Shown in pieces: positions 1 to 10,825 of a stretch of DNA of 31,902 nt; positions within the stretch are counted from its first letter, which is position 1, and each line of letters opens with the position of its first letter. The translations under genes were made by a program, and so were the position numbers. The stretch covers positions 1-31,902 of the forward strand of contig NW_021832157.1 of NCBI RefSeq assembly GCF_006345805.1, in the 5' to 3' direction. Below the pieces are notes generated by a model. The model saw only the letters and a program-made list of their open reading frames with translations, did no database searches and was not told where the DNA came from. Source of the stretch: Octopus sinensis (taxonomy: Eukaryota).

Positions 1-278
1 GTTACTTTTGCCGAACTGCTAGGTTATGGGGCATGATCACACCAGCATCGGTTGTCAAGCGATGGTAGGAGTACAAACACAAACACACACATATATAAAT
101 ATATATACATATATATACGACAGGATTTTTTCAGTTTCCGACTACCAAATCCACTCACAAGGTTTTGGTCGACCCCAGGTTATAGCAGAAGACATTTGCC
201 CAAGGTGCCATGCAGTGGGACTGAACCTGGAACGATGTGGTTGGGAAGCAAACTTTTTCACACAGTCGTGCCTGCGCC
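1..278 (-). mobile_element. tRNA-headed SINE, family A (head + central domain + (AC/AT)n spacer + 3' module; cut by window edge)
   Basis: Reverse complement of the same module seen at 4068, 9400 and 11619: GGCGCAGGC..GGCTGTGTGG head, B-box-like GGTTCAGTCCC, CTTGGGCAA..TCT central block, then CGCTTGACAACCGATGCTGGTG tail. Confidence 0.9.
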
Positions 279-281
279 TAT

Positions 282-282
282 A

Positions 283-332
<50 letters not shown>

Positions 333-349
333 CGTGCGTGTATGTGTGT
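282..349. repeat. (GT)n microsatellite
   Basis: Direct reading. Confidence 0.95.
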
Positions 350-625
350 ATAGTTCAAATTTACAGAAAGCAAAAGACGAAGACAGGTGAGGGAACAACA
401 GGCTATTATTTTTTTCCAAAGGACATACTAAGTATGTCCTTTGATTAATTTTAATTAATTATAATTATATATCGTAACCGGCCGAAAGTGCCGAGAAAAT
501 CTGGAACTCGACTGAGGATAGAAAACTTCAAATGTCCCGTCCTTGTTGTTTTCCTGTCCTTTTTTGTATCGTCTAACTGTCCGGATGTTTTGTTGCCGCC
601 TGTTATGTTCTTGTTTCATTTTTTG

Positions 626-694
<69 letters not shown>

Positions 695-842
695 CGTTCA
701 AATTTATAGAAAAAGGACGAAGACAGGTGTAGAAACAACAAGCAGGTGTATTAGTCTAGCGCTTGGAAATTTTGGAAAAGTCTTTTACATTTCGAGCCTA
801 CGCTCTTCGACAGAAAGGATTAAGAGGATAATAGGAGAGGTT
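695..842 (-). mobile_element. Short hammerhead-bearing element (Penelope pseudo-LTR-like), family H1, between (TA)n arrays
   Basis: Pyrimidine-rich leader, hammerhead-like motif, then a T-rich tail ending at (TA)n. A truncated second copy of the tail lies at ~350-400 (TAGTTCAAATTTACAGAAAGCAAAAGACGAAGACAGGTG). Confidence 0.6.
782..817 (-). ncRNA. Minimal type I hammerhead ribozyme-like motif (A6U core variant)
   Basis: Minus strand reads CTTT-CTGTCGA-A-GAGC-GTAG-GCTC-GAAA-TG-TA-AAAG: stem I CTTT/AAAG, stem II GAGC/GCTC, GAAA, cleavage triplet GUA. Confidence 0.6.
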
Positions 843-1277
843 AATATATATATATATATAATATACAATATGTTGCACACGCACGCACACACACGCATAT
901 ACACATACACAAACGCTCATGAGATGTACGTGTGCGTTTACGTGCGTGATCGAGGGTGTAGATTGTCCTTGGCTAAACAAATATCATTCTGACGAAGAAA
1001 AAGTAGGGTACGATATTTTGTTCCGTGCGTGTTGTATCCCTTACGGTGATACTAATCGACAAAATATGTATCTGGGGAAATACTGATGACCCATAAAATT
1101 GACCAAAACCTTTCGAAACGGTGTTCCTGTATGGCCGTGAACCGCTACTATTCTGTGTTTTTTAGGAGATGGGTGTAAAAAATGACAAATCTAAGGAGCC
1201 CTTAGCTTATAAAAAATAAAGATTTGGCTGCTATTTCTCTCAGGCTGGGAAACTGCGTAGAGACAGTTGGTGGCTAT

Positions 1278-1278
1278 T

Positions 1279-1327
<49 letters not shown>

Positions 1328-1330
1328 AGT

Positions 1331-1404
<74 letters not shown>

Positions 1405-1445
1405 TAATGGTAGTAGTAGCAGTAATAGTAGTAATAGTAGTAATG
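1278..1445. repeat. Compound (AGT)n/(AGC)n trinucleotide array
   Basis: Direct reading. Confidence 0.95.
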
Positions 1446-1979
1446 AATTATGCAAGCGAGTGTGATATCGGTGGCGCTGACGTCGACGTCGGTGGGGACG
1501 GAGGCGTGGAGGGCGGGGACGAGACGGGAAGGACACGATGTTGTTGAAGGGAGAGAGAGAGAGAAAGAGAGGTTGAAATTGAGTAACTTGGACTATGTAA
1601 TATGAAACCGGAAGTACTCCACACACACGCACGCACGCACGCACACACATTAACACATACCAATTCCAAAACATCCCCCACACGCACACACACTTCAGTA
1701 CTCTTCCGTCGTCTCTCTCCGCCACCCGACCACCCGACGAAATTAGCTCAGGAAGAATGAACCCCACCCCCGCCATCACCATCACCACCAACAAGGCTAT
1801 CCACCCATGCTCCATGACTATCCACCCGTTTACCACCAGCATTCTACCCCTTTCTACTGAGATATTTACCTACCCTGTACACATACCCATGAAAATGTAC
1901 GAATACAAACCTTTTGAAGCTGAGAACAAAAGTATTTCGGCAAAAATACCTCAACCAATACTTGTCGTGTGTATGTGTG

Positions 1980-1980
1980 G

Positions 1981-2026
<46 letters not shown>

Positions 2027-2158
2027 AGTGATATGTATGTATATATGTGTATGCATACATATATGTACGTGTATATATATGTGTGTGTGTGTGTGTGTGA
2101 GTGATGTGTATGTATATATGTATATGAATACATATATGTACGTATGTGTATATATATA

Positions 2159-2224
<66 letters not shown>

Positions 2225-2239
2225 ACATACATATATGCA

Positions 2240-2280
<41 letters not shown>

Positions 2281-2373
2281 GTGTGTATACACGCATACTT
2301 TTGTATGCAAGCATGTATATGTACAAATACATAGATTTATGGAGGGATGCATGTGTATATTAATGAATGAATA

Positions 2374-2404
<31 letters not shown>

Positions 2405-2442
2405 TTATTTATATATATGTATATGAATATATATATATACAT

Positions 2443-2491
<49 letters not shown>

Positions 2492-2592
2492 TTGTGTATG
2501 AGTGTGTGTGTCTGTGTATAGAGAGATTATATAATTACACACATACACACACACACTATGTATGTATGTAATATATGTTTGCGCCGGTGCGC

Positions 2593-2667
<75 letters not shown>
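1980..2667. repeat. Compound microsatellite block (AG)n, (AT)n, (GT)n, (AC)n
   Basis: Direct reading; explains the YI/CV/HT-rich ORFs. Confidence 0.95.
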
Positions 2668-2669
<2 letters not shown>

Positions 2670-3254
2670 CGGCAATAGAGGACAGGGTGAAAGAGAAGGT
2701 GTGGCAATATGTGCCGAAAGTACTCTTAGAATTCCAAAGACTCGTGCCAGTCATAATAATCGTTTTGCTATGGCACCCGGCTACTTAACATGTTGTTCAC
2801 AGTGAAAAAATAAAAATGCCATCAGTTTAGCTGGGTAAAGCCCACCCCAGTTTTTTTTTTACGCCTACACCTTGAGTTATAGCCACCAACACCCACAACT
2901 ATTGCCGCCCGCCGCCGTCACCACCACCATTAATACTTTCATGTGGTCGCTCGCCCTACCAGAAAGAGCAGGTGGGGGAGGGGGTTGTCTCAAATCACAT
3001 TTTACTATCTTGAAACAAAATGAGAGGACATACTGGATAAAATAGTTTGTGTGTGAAAGGATGGGATGGTCGTGACTGGAATGTCTTTGATCATAAGTAC
3101 TGGATCAGAAATGATTCAAGACCAAACAAGAATAACAATAATAACAACACGCGGGTGAAGAAATTCCTATTTGTATATCTGTGTGTGTGTGTATGTGTGT
3201 GTGTGCGTACGTGTGTGTGTATGTGTGTTTGTTTGCGCGTGTGTGTGTATGTGT

Positions 3255-3460
3255 CTGTGTCTATATGTATCGACCCCACAACACCGCTTGACAACCGCTG
3301 CTGGTATGTTTACGCCCCTGTAACTTAGTGGTTCGACAAAAATAACGATAGAATGATTATAAGGCTTTAAAAAATAAGTAGTGGGGTCGATACATTCGAT
3401 AGAAGTTCTCCAAGGCGGTGCCCCAGCATGGCCGCAGTCTAATGGCTGAAACAAATAACA
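3255..3460 (+). mobile_element. SINE family A 3' module
   Basis: CCGCTTGACAACCG...GTAACTTAG..GGTTCG...GGGGTCGA...GGCGGTGCCCCAGCATGGCCGCAGTC..TGGCTGAAACAA, matching 9600-9785. Confidence 0.85.
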
Positions 3461-3570
3461 GACATAAGATTAATGATATATCTATGTACATGTGTCTTTG
3501 TATTCTGTGTTTGTCCCAACACCACCACCGCTTGACAACCGGTGCTGATGTGTTTACGTCCGCGTGATAA

Positions 3571-3935
3571 GGCGGTGAGCTGGCAGAAACGTTAGGAACG
3601 CCGGGCGAAATACTTAGCGGTATTTCGTCTGTCTTTACGTTCTGAGTTCAAATTCCGCCGAGGTCGACTTTGCCTTTCATCCTTTCGGGGTCGATAAATT
3701 AAGTACTAGTTATGCACTGGGGTCGGTGTAATCGACCTAATCCGTTTGTCTGTCCTTGTTTGTCCCCTCTGTGTTTAGCCCCTTGTGAGCAATAAAGAAA
3801 TAAGAAACGTTAGCCTGGCGAATTGCTTAGCGGTATTTCGTCTGCCGCTACGTTCTGAGTTCAAATTCCGCCGAAGTCAACTTTGCCTTTCATCCTTTCG
3901 GGGATGAAGTACCAGTTGCGTACTGGAGTCGATAA
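3571..3935 (+). mobile_element. Two nested/tandem SINE family B copies
   Basis: Head GGCGGTGAGCTGGCAGAAACGTTAG, B-box-like GAGTTCAAATTCCGCC, GTCGACTTTGCCTTTCATCCTTTCGGGG twice; AGAAACGTTAG is repeated at the junction (~3585 and ~3803). Confidence 0.9.
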
Positions 3936-4067
3936 ACTAGCAATACAGTGAACATGTATACCTATAAGCATATATGCATTTATGTATGTATGTAAGTATG
4001 TATGTATGTATGTATATATGTATGTATGTATGAATTTGTGTGCGCGCGCGCGTGCATTATGTACATA

Positions 4068-4353
4068 GGCACAGGTGTGGCTGTGTGGGAAGTCGTTTGG
4101 TTCCCGGCCACGTGGTTCCGGGTTCAGTCCCACTGCGTGGCAACTTCGGCGATTGTCTTCTACTCGAACATCTTGCCGACCAGGTGAGTGAATTTGATAG
4201 ACGGAAACAGAAAGAAGCCCGTTGCGTGTGTGTGTGTCTTTGTGTCTGTGTTCGTCCTCCACCACCGCTTGAGAACCGGTGTTGGTGTATTTACTTCCCT
4301 GTAACTTAGCAGTTCGTTAAAAGAGACTAAAAATTCTTCAAGCTGGTGCTCCA
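4068..4353 (+). mobile_element. SINE family A, internally deleted copy
   Basis: GGCACAGGTGTGGCTGTGTGGG head, GGTTCAGTCCCACTGCGTGGC, GACGGAAACAGAAAGAAGCCCG, tail CCGCTTGAGAACCGG. Confidence 0.9.
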
Positions 4354-4444
4354 GTGTGTCTGTATGTATGTGTATATATATATATATAATATATATATAT
4401 ATATGTATATGTATGTATATATATGTGTGTGTACACACACACAT

Positions 4445-4521
<77 letters not shown>

Positions 4522-4619
4522 ACATATACATATATATATATATATATATACATACATACATATGTATGCATGTATGTATCCCGTTTTTTCACACAGATTA
4601 TAACTGGAGTAACCTAACT

Positions 4620-5320
4620 AAACTCTGTTTGCTTTCTAACCACCCCTCACCAACAGGCACACACCTCCCACCCCTTAGAACGAACTGCAACTCCTCCATC
4701 GAAATCAATCGAAAAGATCCAGTCCTACCAACTTTCCCCGGTCACATGCCATTTATCATCCCAACTTACTGATATCAATGGAGAAAACTAAAACACTTTC
4801 ACAATTTTTTTTAAGAAAACAAGCTTAATGGAATGGATTTCACCAAGAAACAGAATCAAAAGATTTCAGAAAGCCAGAACCCTTTAACCATCGCAAAAAA
4901 AAAAGAATCCTACAATGCATCATAAAAAATACAATCCTAATTAAACATCAGAAATATCCAACATCGTAGAATAAAAAAAACCGAGACCTCGAACACAATA
5001 CTGTGAAACCTCACACAACTGAAATAAAACTCAACATCAATGAACTAAACAAGGAAATAGCAGCAAAAATAAACCACAGAAAAACAGAAAACTGGCAAAC
5101 GTTTGTATATCCAACATAAAGTGAAAAAAACCCCCAAGAAACAACTACCAGTGAAACTGTACATAGAGTAATTAACAATACCAACGGCAACAACGTTCGG
5201 ACCACACCCTTCTTCTCAGAGAACATCAAATCTCATCAACAACACGAAAGCATCATATACAAGCAGCCATTACACTCAGCAACATAAATATATGCCACAC
5301 ACGCAGAATGACAGAAAAAA
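4620..5320 (+). pseudogene. Degenerate non-LTR retrotransposon ORF2 fragment (APE endonuclease C-terminus + linker; I/Jockey-group-like)
   Basis: A/C-rich strand. Hand translation gives [11 protein letters not shown] (resembles the APE SDHLPI motif), a frameshifted NWNGFTKETESRF-like stretch, and NELNKEIAAKINHRKTENWQTF; several stops and frameshifts. Confidence 0.55.
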
Positions 5321-5377
5321 ATTTTTTTAAGCCAGGAGTTGCATGTAAGTTTTTCTACAATATTCACAACATAATAA

Positions 5378-5620
5378 ATTTACTTTACTTTGGCCGAGCT
5401 TGCAACCGGTTCTCGATTGTATTTTTTCGATTGCCAAGCATCTCCATCCATCATCGCTACCTTCGGTTCGTCGGTAGAATTCAATCCAATGTCCTCCTTC
5501 AGGATGTCGGTAAATGACACAGATTCGCAGGAGCTATGCACTGTTATAAGGAGTCACTGATCAGGGCGGAAGAACTTGCTGAGGTCAACGGCCATGTGTT
5601 CGAGGCTAACGCGTGTCTCA
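5378..5620 (-). pseudogene. 3' end of an RTE-group LINE (RTE-X-like), degenerate
   Basis: Minus frame FTDILKEDIGLNSTDEPKVAMMDGDAW resembles the RTE C-terminal 'YID.LK.DTGL....L..AM.DR..W', followed by an (AAAGT)2 tail. Confidence 0.45.
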
Positions 5621-5626
5621 GGTAGA

Positions 5627-5750
5627 GGAATACCTATTTCTGTACAATCCACAAGGGGCTAAACACAGAGAGGACAAACAAGGACAGACAAACGGATTAA
5701 GTAGATTATATCGACCCCAGTGCGTAACTGGTACTTAAAGGATGAAAAGC
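5627..5750 (-). mobile_element. SINE family B 3' fragment
   Basis: CCTATTTC..CCACAAGGGGCTAAACACAGAGAGGACAAACAAGGACAGACAAACGGATTAAG, as at 10688-10760. Confidence 0.85.
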
Positions 5751-5859
5751 AAGTTGCGGCTAACAGCTTGGAAAGGAATGGGCGCCGCCAAGCTAACTTG
5801 CCCCTGGTATATTCATGACGACGAGAACCAGTCCAGGAGACACACCTGATCAGTCGTCG

Positions 5860-5938
5860 CCGGGTTAACATCTAGGAGTGGACAAGCCTCGATTTCGCCG
5901 GCTCACAGAAGGAAGCAGAAGACCGAGAGAGGAATGGT
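5860..5938 (+). pseudogene. Small RTE LINE C-terminal remnant
   Basis: Translates NI*EWTSLDFAGSQKEAEDRER, resembling the RTE 'NIKEWTGL....R.AEDR..W'. Confidence 0.4.
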
Positions 5939-6109
5939 AAAATCTGGTTACAAAATTGGTACTTAGATGTTAAGTATCGTGGAGACCCTGTGAGATATTT
6001 GACGGCAGGTTGCAGTTCGCTCTTACAGAATTGACCGGAGCAATTACGATCGAGAGCGCTGAGAAGTAAAATGAAAATAATGATAATGATTATTGTTCGA
6101 ATTTGGCGA

Positions 6110-6460
6110 CATGGCCTTTAGTGTGTGAGGTTAAGTTGATTACATCGATCCCAGCACTTGATTGATACTTATCGAACCCGAAAGGATGAAATGCATGGGT
6201 GACCGACCTCGGCGGGATTTGAACTCAGTAAAGAGCTGGAAGAAATGCCACTAAGCATTCTGATACAAATTCTACCAGCACTCTACTTTAATTGTTTAAA
6301 GTCTTGGCACAAGACCAGCAACATTAGAGGAAAGAGGTTAACCGATGGAAGGATGAAAGGCAAGGCTGACCTCGGTGGGATTTGAACTTGGAACGTAAAT
6401 GGCCGGAAGAAATTTAGTTAAGCACTTTGTCCGAGCTCGCTAATGATTCTGCCAGCCGAA
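6110..6460 (-). mobile_element. Two degenerate SINE family B copies
   Basis: GATCCCAG..ACTTATCGAACCCGAAAGGATGAAA..GACCTCGGCGGGATTTGAACTC (6145-6230) and GGATGAAAGGCAAGGCTGACCTCGGTGGGATTTGAACT (6350-6390). Confidence 0.75.
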
Positions 6461-6769
6461 CACGAGAAGGAGACGGGGAATGGAAAAGAATGGAAAACAA
6501 GAGGAAGTGGAACAAGGAGATAAATCTGTGTTGATGCCTGGATTCTTCGGTAGGTAAGGTTTTGAGTGATAAAAAAATCTTAAATAAAATCAAAATGAAA
6601 GAAAAGAGACGTCGAAATTAGATAAATAGCAAATATGAAAGTTAAGCAGAATTTCAAGGCAGAGCGGAAGAAACAATTTACTTTGGGCAAGCGGCCATAT
6701 TTGGCGGAAGTTTAACTAAAGCAGATGGCAGAGTAAAAAAATCATACAAACGCTTTATTTATATTCATG

Positions 6770-7030
6770 TATGCGTATGTACATACATGCATGCATGCAT
6801 ACATACATACACACATACATAGACACACATACATACATACACAAATACACACATACATACATACATACATACATACATACATACGATCGTACGTATATAT
6901 ATGTTCGCATATGTCTATGTCTTTCTCCCTCTCCCTTTACATACATACATATATACATACATACATATACATACATACATACATACATACATACATACAT
7001 ACATACATACATACATACATACATAAACAC
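6770..7030. repeat. (TACA)n tetranucleotide arrays
   Basis: Direct reading. Confidence 0.95.
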
Positions 7031-7460
7031 ACACGATTTCCTTTCTCCCAACAATAAATAAACGAATGAATATAAGAATTAAGATAGAGACAAAACGTTT
7101 TCATTTTTTTTCCTTTCTTCAAAAGAAGAAAAAAACGTGTTAAACCTGTTGATGTAAAGAACAACAAGGTGATAATGCTAAGATGGCGGAAAATAGGAAC
7201 ATAAGAAGAAGAATTAGAGATAAAGAGAGGAAGGTTTATAGGATTAAGATAATAAATTAATTGGTTAATAAAGAAGTCAAAACATGTTTTAAATTCGAAA
7301 GAAAAGCGAAAAGTGTTTTAGTTGTATGTTTACCTTGAGTTGTTGTTGTTGTAGCGATTTCTCTTGTAGTTGTTGTTAGCTTTGTTGTTGTTCTTGTTCA
7401 TGTTGTTTTTGTTGTTGTTGTTGATGTTTTACTTTAGCCTAGTCGGTATGGTGCTGCGCA

Positions 7461-7692
7461 AGGCGGCGAGCTGGTAGAGACGTTAGCACCCCGGGCAAAA
7501 TACTTTGTGGTATTTCGTCCGCCGCTGCGTCCTAAGTTCAAATTCCGCCGAGGTCAACTTTGCCTTTTATCCTTTCGGGGTCGATAAATTAAGTAGCAGT
7601 GACGCACTGGGGTCGATGTAATCGACTTAATCCGTTTGTCTGTACTTGTTTGTCCCCTCTATGTTTAGCCACTTGTGGGCAATAAAGAAATA
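7461..7692 (+). mobile_element. SINE family B, clean insertion with 16-bp target-site duplication
   Basis: GGTATGGTGCTGCGCA at 7445-7460 and 7693-7708 flanks GGCGGCGAGCTGG...AATAAAGAAATA. Confidence 0.92.
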
Positions 7693-8156
7693 GGTATGGT
7701 GCTGCGCAGACAGTCGTAAGGCCGAGTGTTGGATTCCTGAGCAAGTTCGCTCGTTGTGTTTCCTTGTGTTTCATTTCACAGGCGTATTTCTACCCAGTCC
7801 ACCCTGCTGAAAGTGAGTACGAGACCCAGTGCTGGTGCAAGACCGTCTCTCCTTCAATGGAATGCTAAGATAGGGTTTACGGCTGTTTGGACGCTGGTGG
7901 TTTAACACGATTGGTTGGACATTAAATGTGCTTTGGACACAGTCTTTTTTTATTACTGGGGGCAAACAAACACACACGCGCGCACACCCCCATGTGCATG
8001 CAGAAGTATACACATACAGATAGGATGAGGGATTGAATGAGGTGGAGGAGAGAGAGACATAGCAATTTATTAATTGGATGCGATTAACAAAAACACTTTC
8101 CATGTCCTCAGACGCATAAAAGAAATATGTTCACACACAGTAACATAAAAGATCAA

Positions 8157-8167
8157 GAGAGAGAAAG

Positions 8168-8205
<38 letters not shown>

Positions 8206-8380
8206 AGATGAAGAAAGAAAGAGGCAGAAAGAAAGAGAGACAAAGGAAAAAACGAAGATACAGAAACAGAGAGAGAAAAAATAAAGGAAGAAAGAAAGAA
8301 AGAAAAAATAAATAAAGCAAGAAAGAAAGAGAAAGGAAGAAACAAAGATACAGAGAGAAATGGGGAGATAGATAAAGAGA
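8157..8380. repeat. Polypurine (GA)n/(GAAA)n tract
   Basis: Direct reading. Confidence 0.9.
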
Positions 8381-8399
8381 AACATCAAAACGTCTGTTA

Positions 8400-8547
8400 T
8401 CAAATCAGGGCCGAATCAGCGACGCCAAACAGGCTGCGCCAAAACGTTTTATACCCTTTCTCTAGCTGTGACATCCTGGAGGTTTCATTGAACCAAGGGT
8501 GGAAGGTGCCGTGAGGGTGTCTATGCTTGTCTACGAATCCATAGGTA
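8400..8547 (-). CDS. Candidate terminal coding exon of an unidentified gene: (x)TYGFVDKHRHPHGTFHPWFNETSRMSQLEKGYKTFWRSLFGVADSALI*
   Basis: GC-richer, non-repetitive island with a single long open frame; CAG acceptor at 8550-8548 (weak pyrimidine tract); tandem TGA TAA stop; AATAAA on the minus strand at 8071-8066. No family recognised. Confidence 0.45.
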
Positions 8548-8757
8548 CTGTCAAGTGATATTCGTTGGCGAGTGACGGCCATGGAGATCCCAGGTCAACT
8601 CTGATCCTCTAAACCCATGATCAAAGAGATCCTGACCGAAGCCGTCAGACTTTTTATCCAAATATGGTGCCCTTGTTTTTTTAAGACTCTAATCTATTCA
8701 TATAAGTAATATAAATCTAAAACTATCTAACTGTAGTGCTATGCTGCCGGTCTAACT

Positions 8758-9044
8758 AAAGATCTTTCTTATTCACTGAACCATCGAAGGATCGATCAAA
8801 AGGCCTTCCCGAGCCATCGGCTCATAAGACTCGTTTCCCTAATTCTGTAGCGTATATATATATTCCTCCACCCCTGGATGGGACGCCAGTCCGTCGCAGG
8901 AATATTCCTTTTTGCCAGCTGTGAGGACTAAAGCAACGTGACATGAAGTGTTTTGCTCAAGAACACTGTTCATCACTTGGTACAGGAATCGAAAGCACAA
9001 TCTTACTGAGTGCAACAGCCTAAAGACTAACGCACGTGCCTCCA
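8758..9044 (-). mobile_element. tRNA-headed SINE, family C, with Meta-domain-like central block
   Basis: Minus strand: TGGAGGCACG head, TTCGATTCCTG B-box-like, TGTTCTTGAGCAAAACACTTCA, CCTGCGACGGACTGGCGTCCCATCCAGGGG. The Meta assignment is from recognition only. Confidence 0.75.
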
Positions 9045-9399
9045 CCACTATACCATGCGACCCATGAAACTAGATTTTGTGTTAGATCCCATCCTTATCA
9101 CTGTACCTATCTATTTCTTCCATTACAAGGTGCTACCGAAACACCAGTGTTTTCAAAGTCCCCCTGTGTCACTAAATCATGCATGTTGTCAATATGCTGC
9201 ATCTGAAGAGAAATGCGCCCCGAGGGCATAATACAACAGCGATTATCATATACACGTTCAAATCTGCAGAAACGTGCTAAGAAGGAATATGCAAATATTA
9301 TTGTTTTGTTTCTCGCTGTTTTACGTACCCATAATAATTCACTGCCGATTTGGCCCCTATCAATAAAAATCAGCACCCACCAATAAATAATTCGTTTGC

Positions 9400-9787
9400 T
9401 GGCTGTGTGGTAAGTAGCTTGCTAACCAGCCACATGGTTCCGTGTTCAGTCCCACTGCGTGGCATTTTGGGCAAGTGTCTTCTGCTATAGCCCCGGGCCG
9501 ACCAATGCTTTGTGAGTGGATTTGGTAGACGGAAACTGAAAGAAGCCTGTCGCATATATGTATATATATGTATGTTTGTGTGTCTGTGTTTGTCTCCCTA
9601 GCATTGCTTGACAACCGATGCTGGTGTGTGTTTACGTCCCCGTCACTTAGCGGTTCGGCAAAAGAGACCGATAGAATAAGTACTGGGCTTACAAAGAATA
9701 AGTCCCGGGGTCGATTTGCTCGACTAAAGGCGGTGCTCCAGCATGGCCGCAGTCAAATGACTGAAACAAGTAAAAGAGTAAAGAGTA
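9400..9787 (+). mobile_element. SINE family A, near full length
   Basis: Head, central block, (TA/TG) spacer and 3' module ending TGACTGAAACAAGTAAAAGAGTAAAGAG. Confidence 0.93.
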
Positions 9788-10263
9788 CCATTCTAGCTTA
9801 AAGGCAGTGATCCAGCGGTAACCTTAAACTGATGAAACGCAACGATGTTAAAACACCGACCTCTCAAAGCCTTACACCGCCACTGAAATCCTACATATTG
9901 TCAGCACACATCGTCAGAAGGGAGAAGCTGCTCTCCGAAGACAAAAAATATACCAGCGATTAGCATATTCATTCACGTTCAAATCTGTCGGATTGTATTA
10001 AGACTAAATATGTACGCTAATGTTGATTTTTCATGCTATTACGGCGGAGAGTTCCCTATCCACATCTCATTCTGTTCTTGCGTGTTTTGAAGACTAATCA
10101 CGGCCATGGCACTTTATGTTATCGTTTTGCACTATTTCCATTACATAGGATGATGTTTACTTCATCAGATTTTAATTTGTCTCTCGTGGGATACATTGAA
10201 ATAATTTAACAACATCTGGGAAATTTTTTATCCAGTTGCGCACTTCTTTTAAGTTTTATTAGT

Positions 10264-10264
10264 G

Positions 10265-10333
<69 letters not shown>

Positions 10334-10344
10334 TATTATTATTA

Positions 10345-10378
<34 letters not shown>

Positions 10379-10445
10379 ATTATTATTATTATTATTATCA
10401 TTTTTGCTGTTGTTTTTGTTATCATCGTCATCGTTATCCTCCTTC

Positions 10446-10479
<34 letters not shown>

Positions 10480-10501
10480 TATTATTATTATTATTATTAT
10501 T
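10264..10501. repeat. (ATT)n/(ATC)n array
   Basis: Direct reading. Confidence 0.95.
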
Positions 10502-10534
10502 AAAGTGGTGAGTTGGCATATTATTTTTTTCTAT

Positions 10535-10824
10535 TCTAGGCACAAGGCCCGAAATTTTGGGGAGGGAGCCAGTCGATCAGATCGATCCCAGTACTTAACT
10601 GGTACTTAATTTATCGACCCCAAAGAATGAAAGGCAAAGTCGACCTCGGCGGAATTTGAACTCAGAACGTAACGGCAGACGAAATACCTATTTCTTTACT
10701 ACCCAGAAGGGGCTAAACACAGAGAGGACAAACAAGGACAGACAAACGGATTAAGTCGAGTAAATCGACCCCCAGTGCGTAACTAGTACTTATTTAATCG
10801 ACCCCGAAAGGATGAAAGGCAAAG
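10535..10824 (-). mobile_element. Nested SINE family B copies
   Basis: The outer copy is interrupted after GAAATAC (10687) by the 3' end (CTATTTCTTT) of an inner copy. Confidence 0.88.
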
Positions 10825-10825
10825 A

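Noticed and set aside
1083-1122. CTGATGA...GAAAC hammerhead-like spacing
   Set aside because: The intervening 25 nt cannot close a stem II.
7788-7820. 31-nt plus-strand microexon with good splice sites
   Set aside because: The sequence matches the SINE central-domain pattern CCAGTCCAC..GCTG..A.TGAGTAC.
9828-9856. CTGATGA-AAC...GTT-AAAAC
   Set aside because: Lacks G12 and has only a 3-bp stem; chance-level.
10175-10245. Minus frame EVRNWIKNFPDVVKLFQCIPRE resembling an RT motif
   Set aside because: Too short, bounded by a stop, with no supporting motifs or splice sites.
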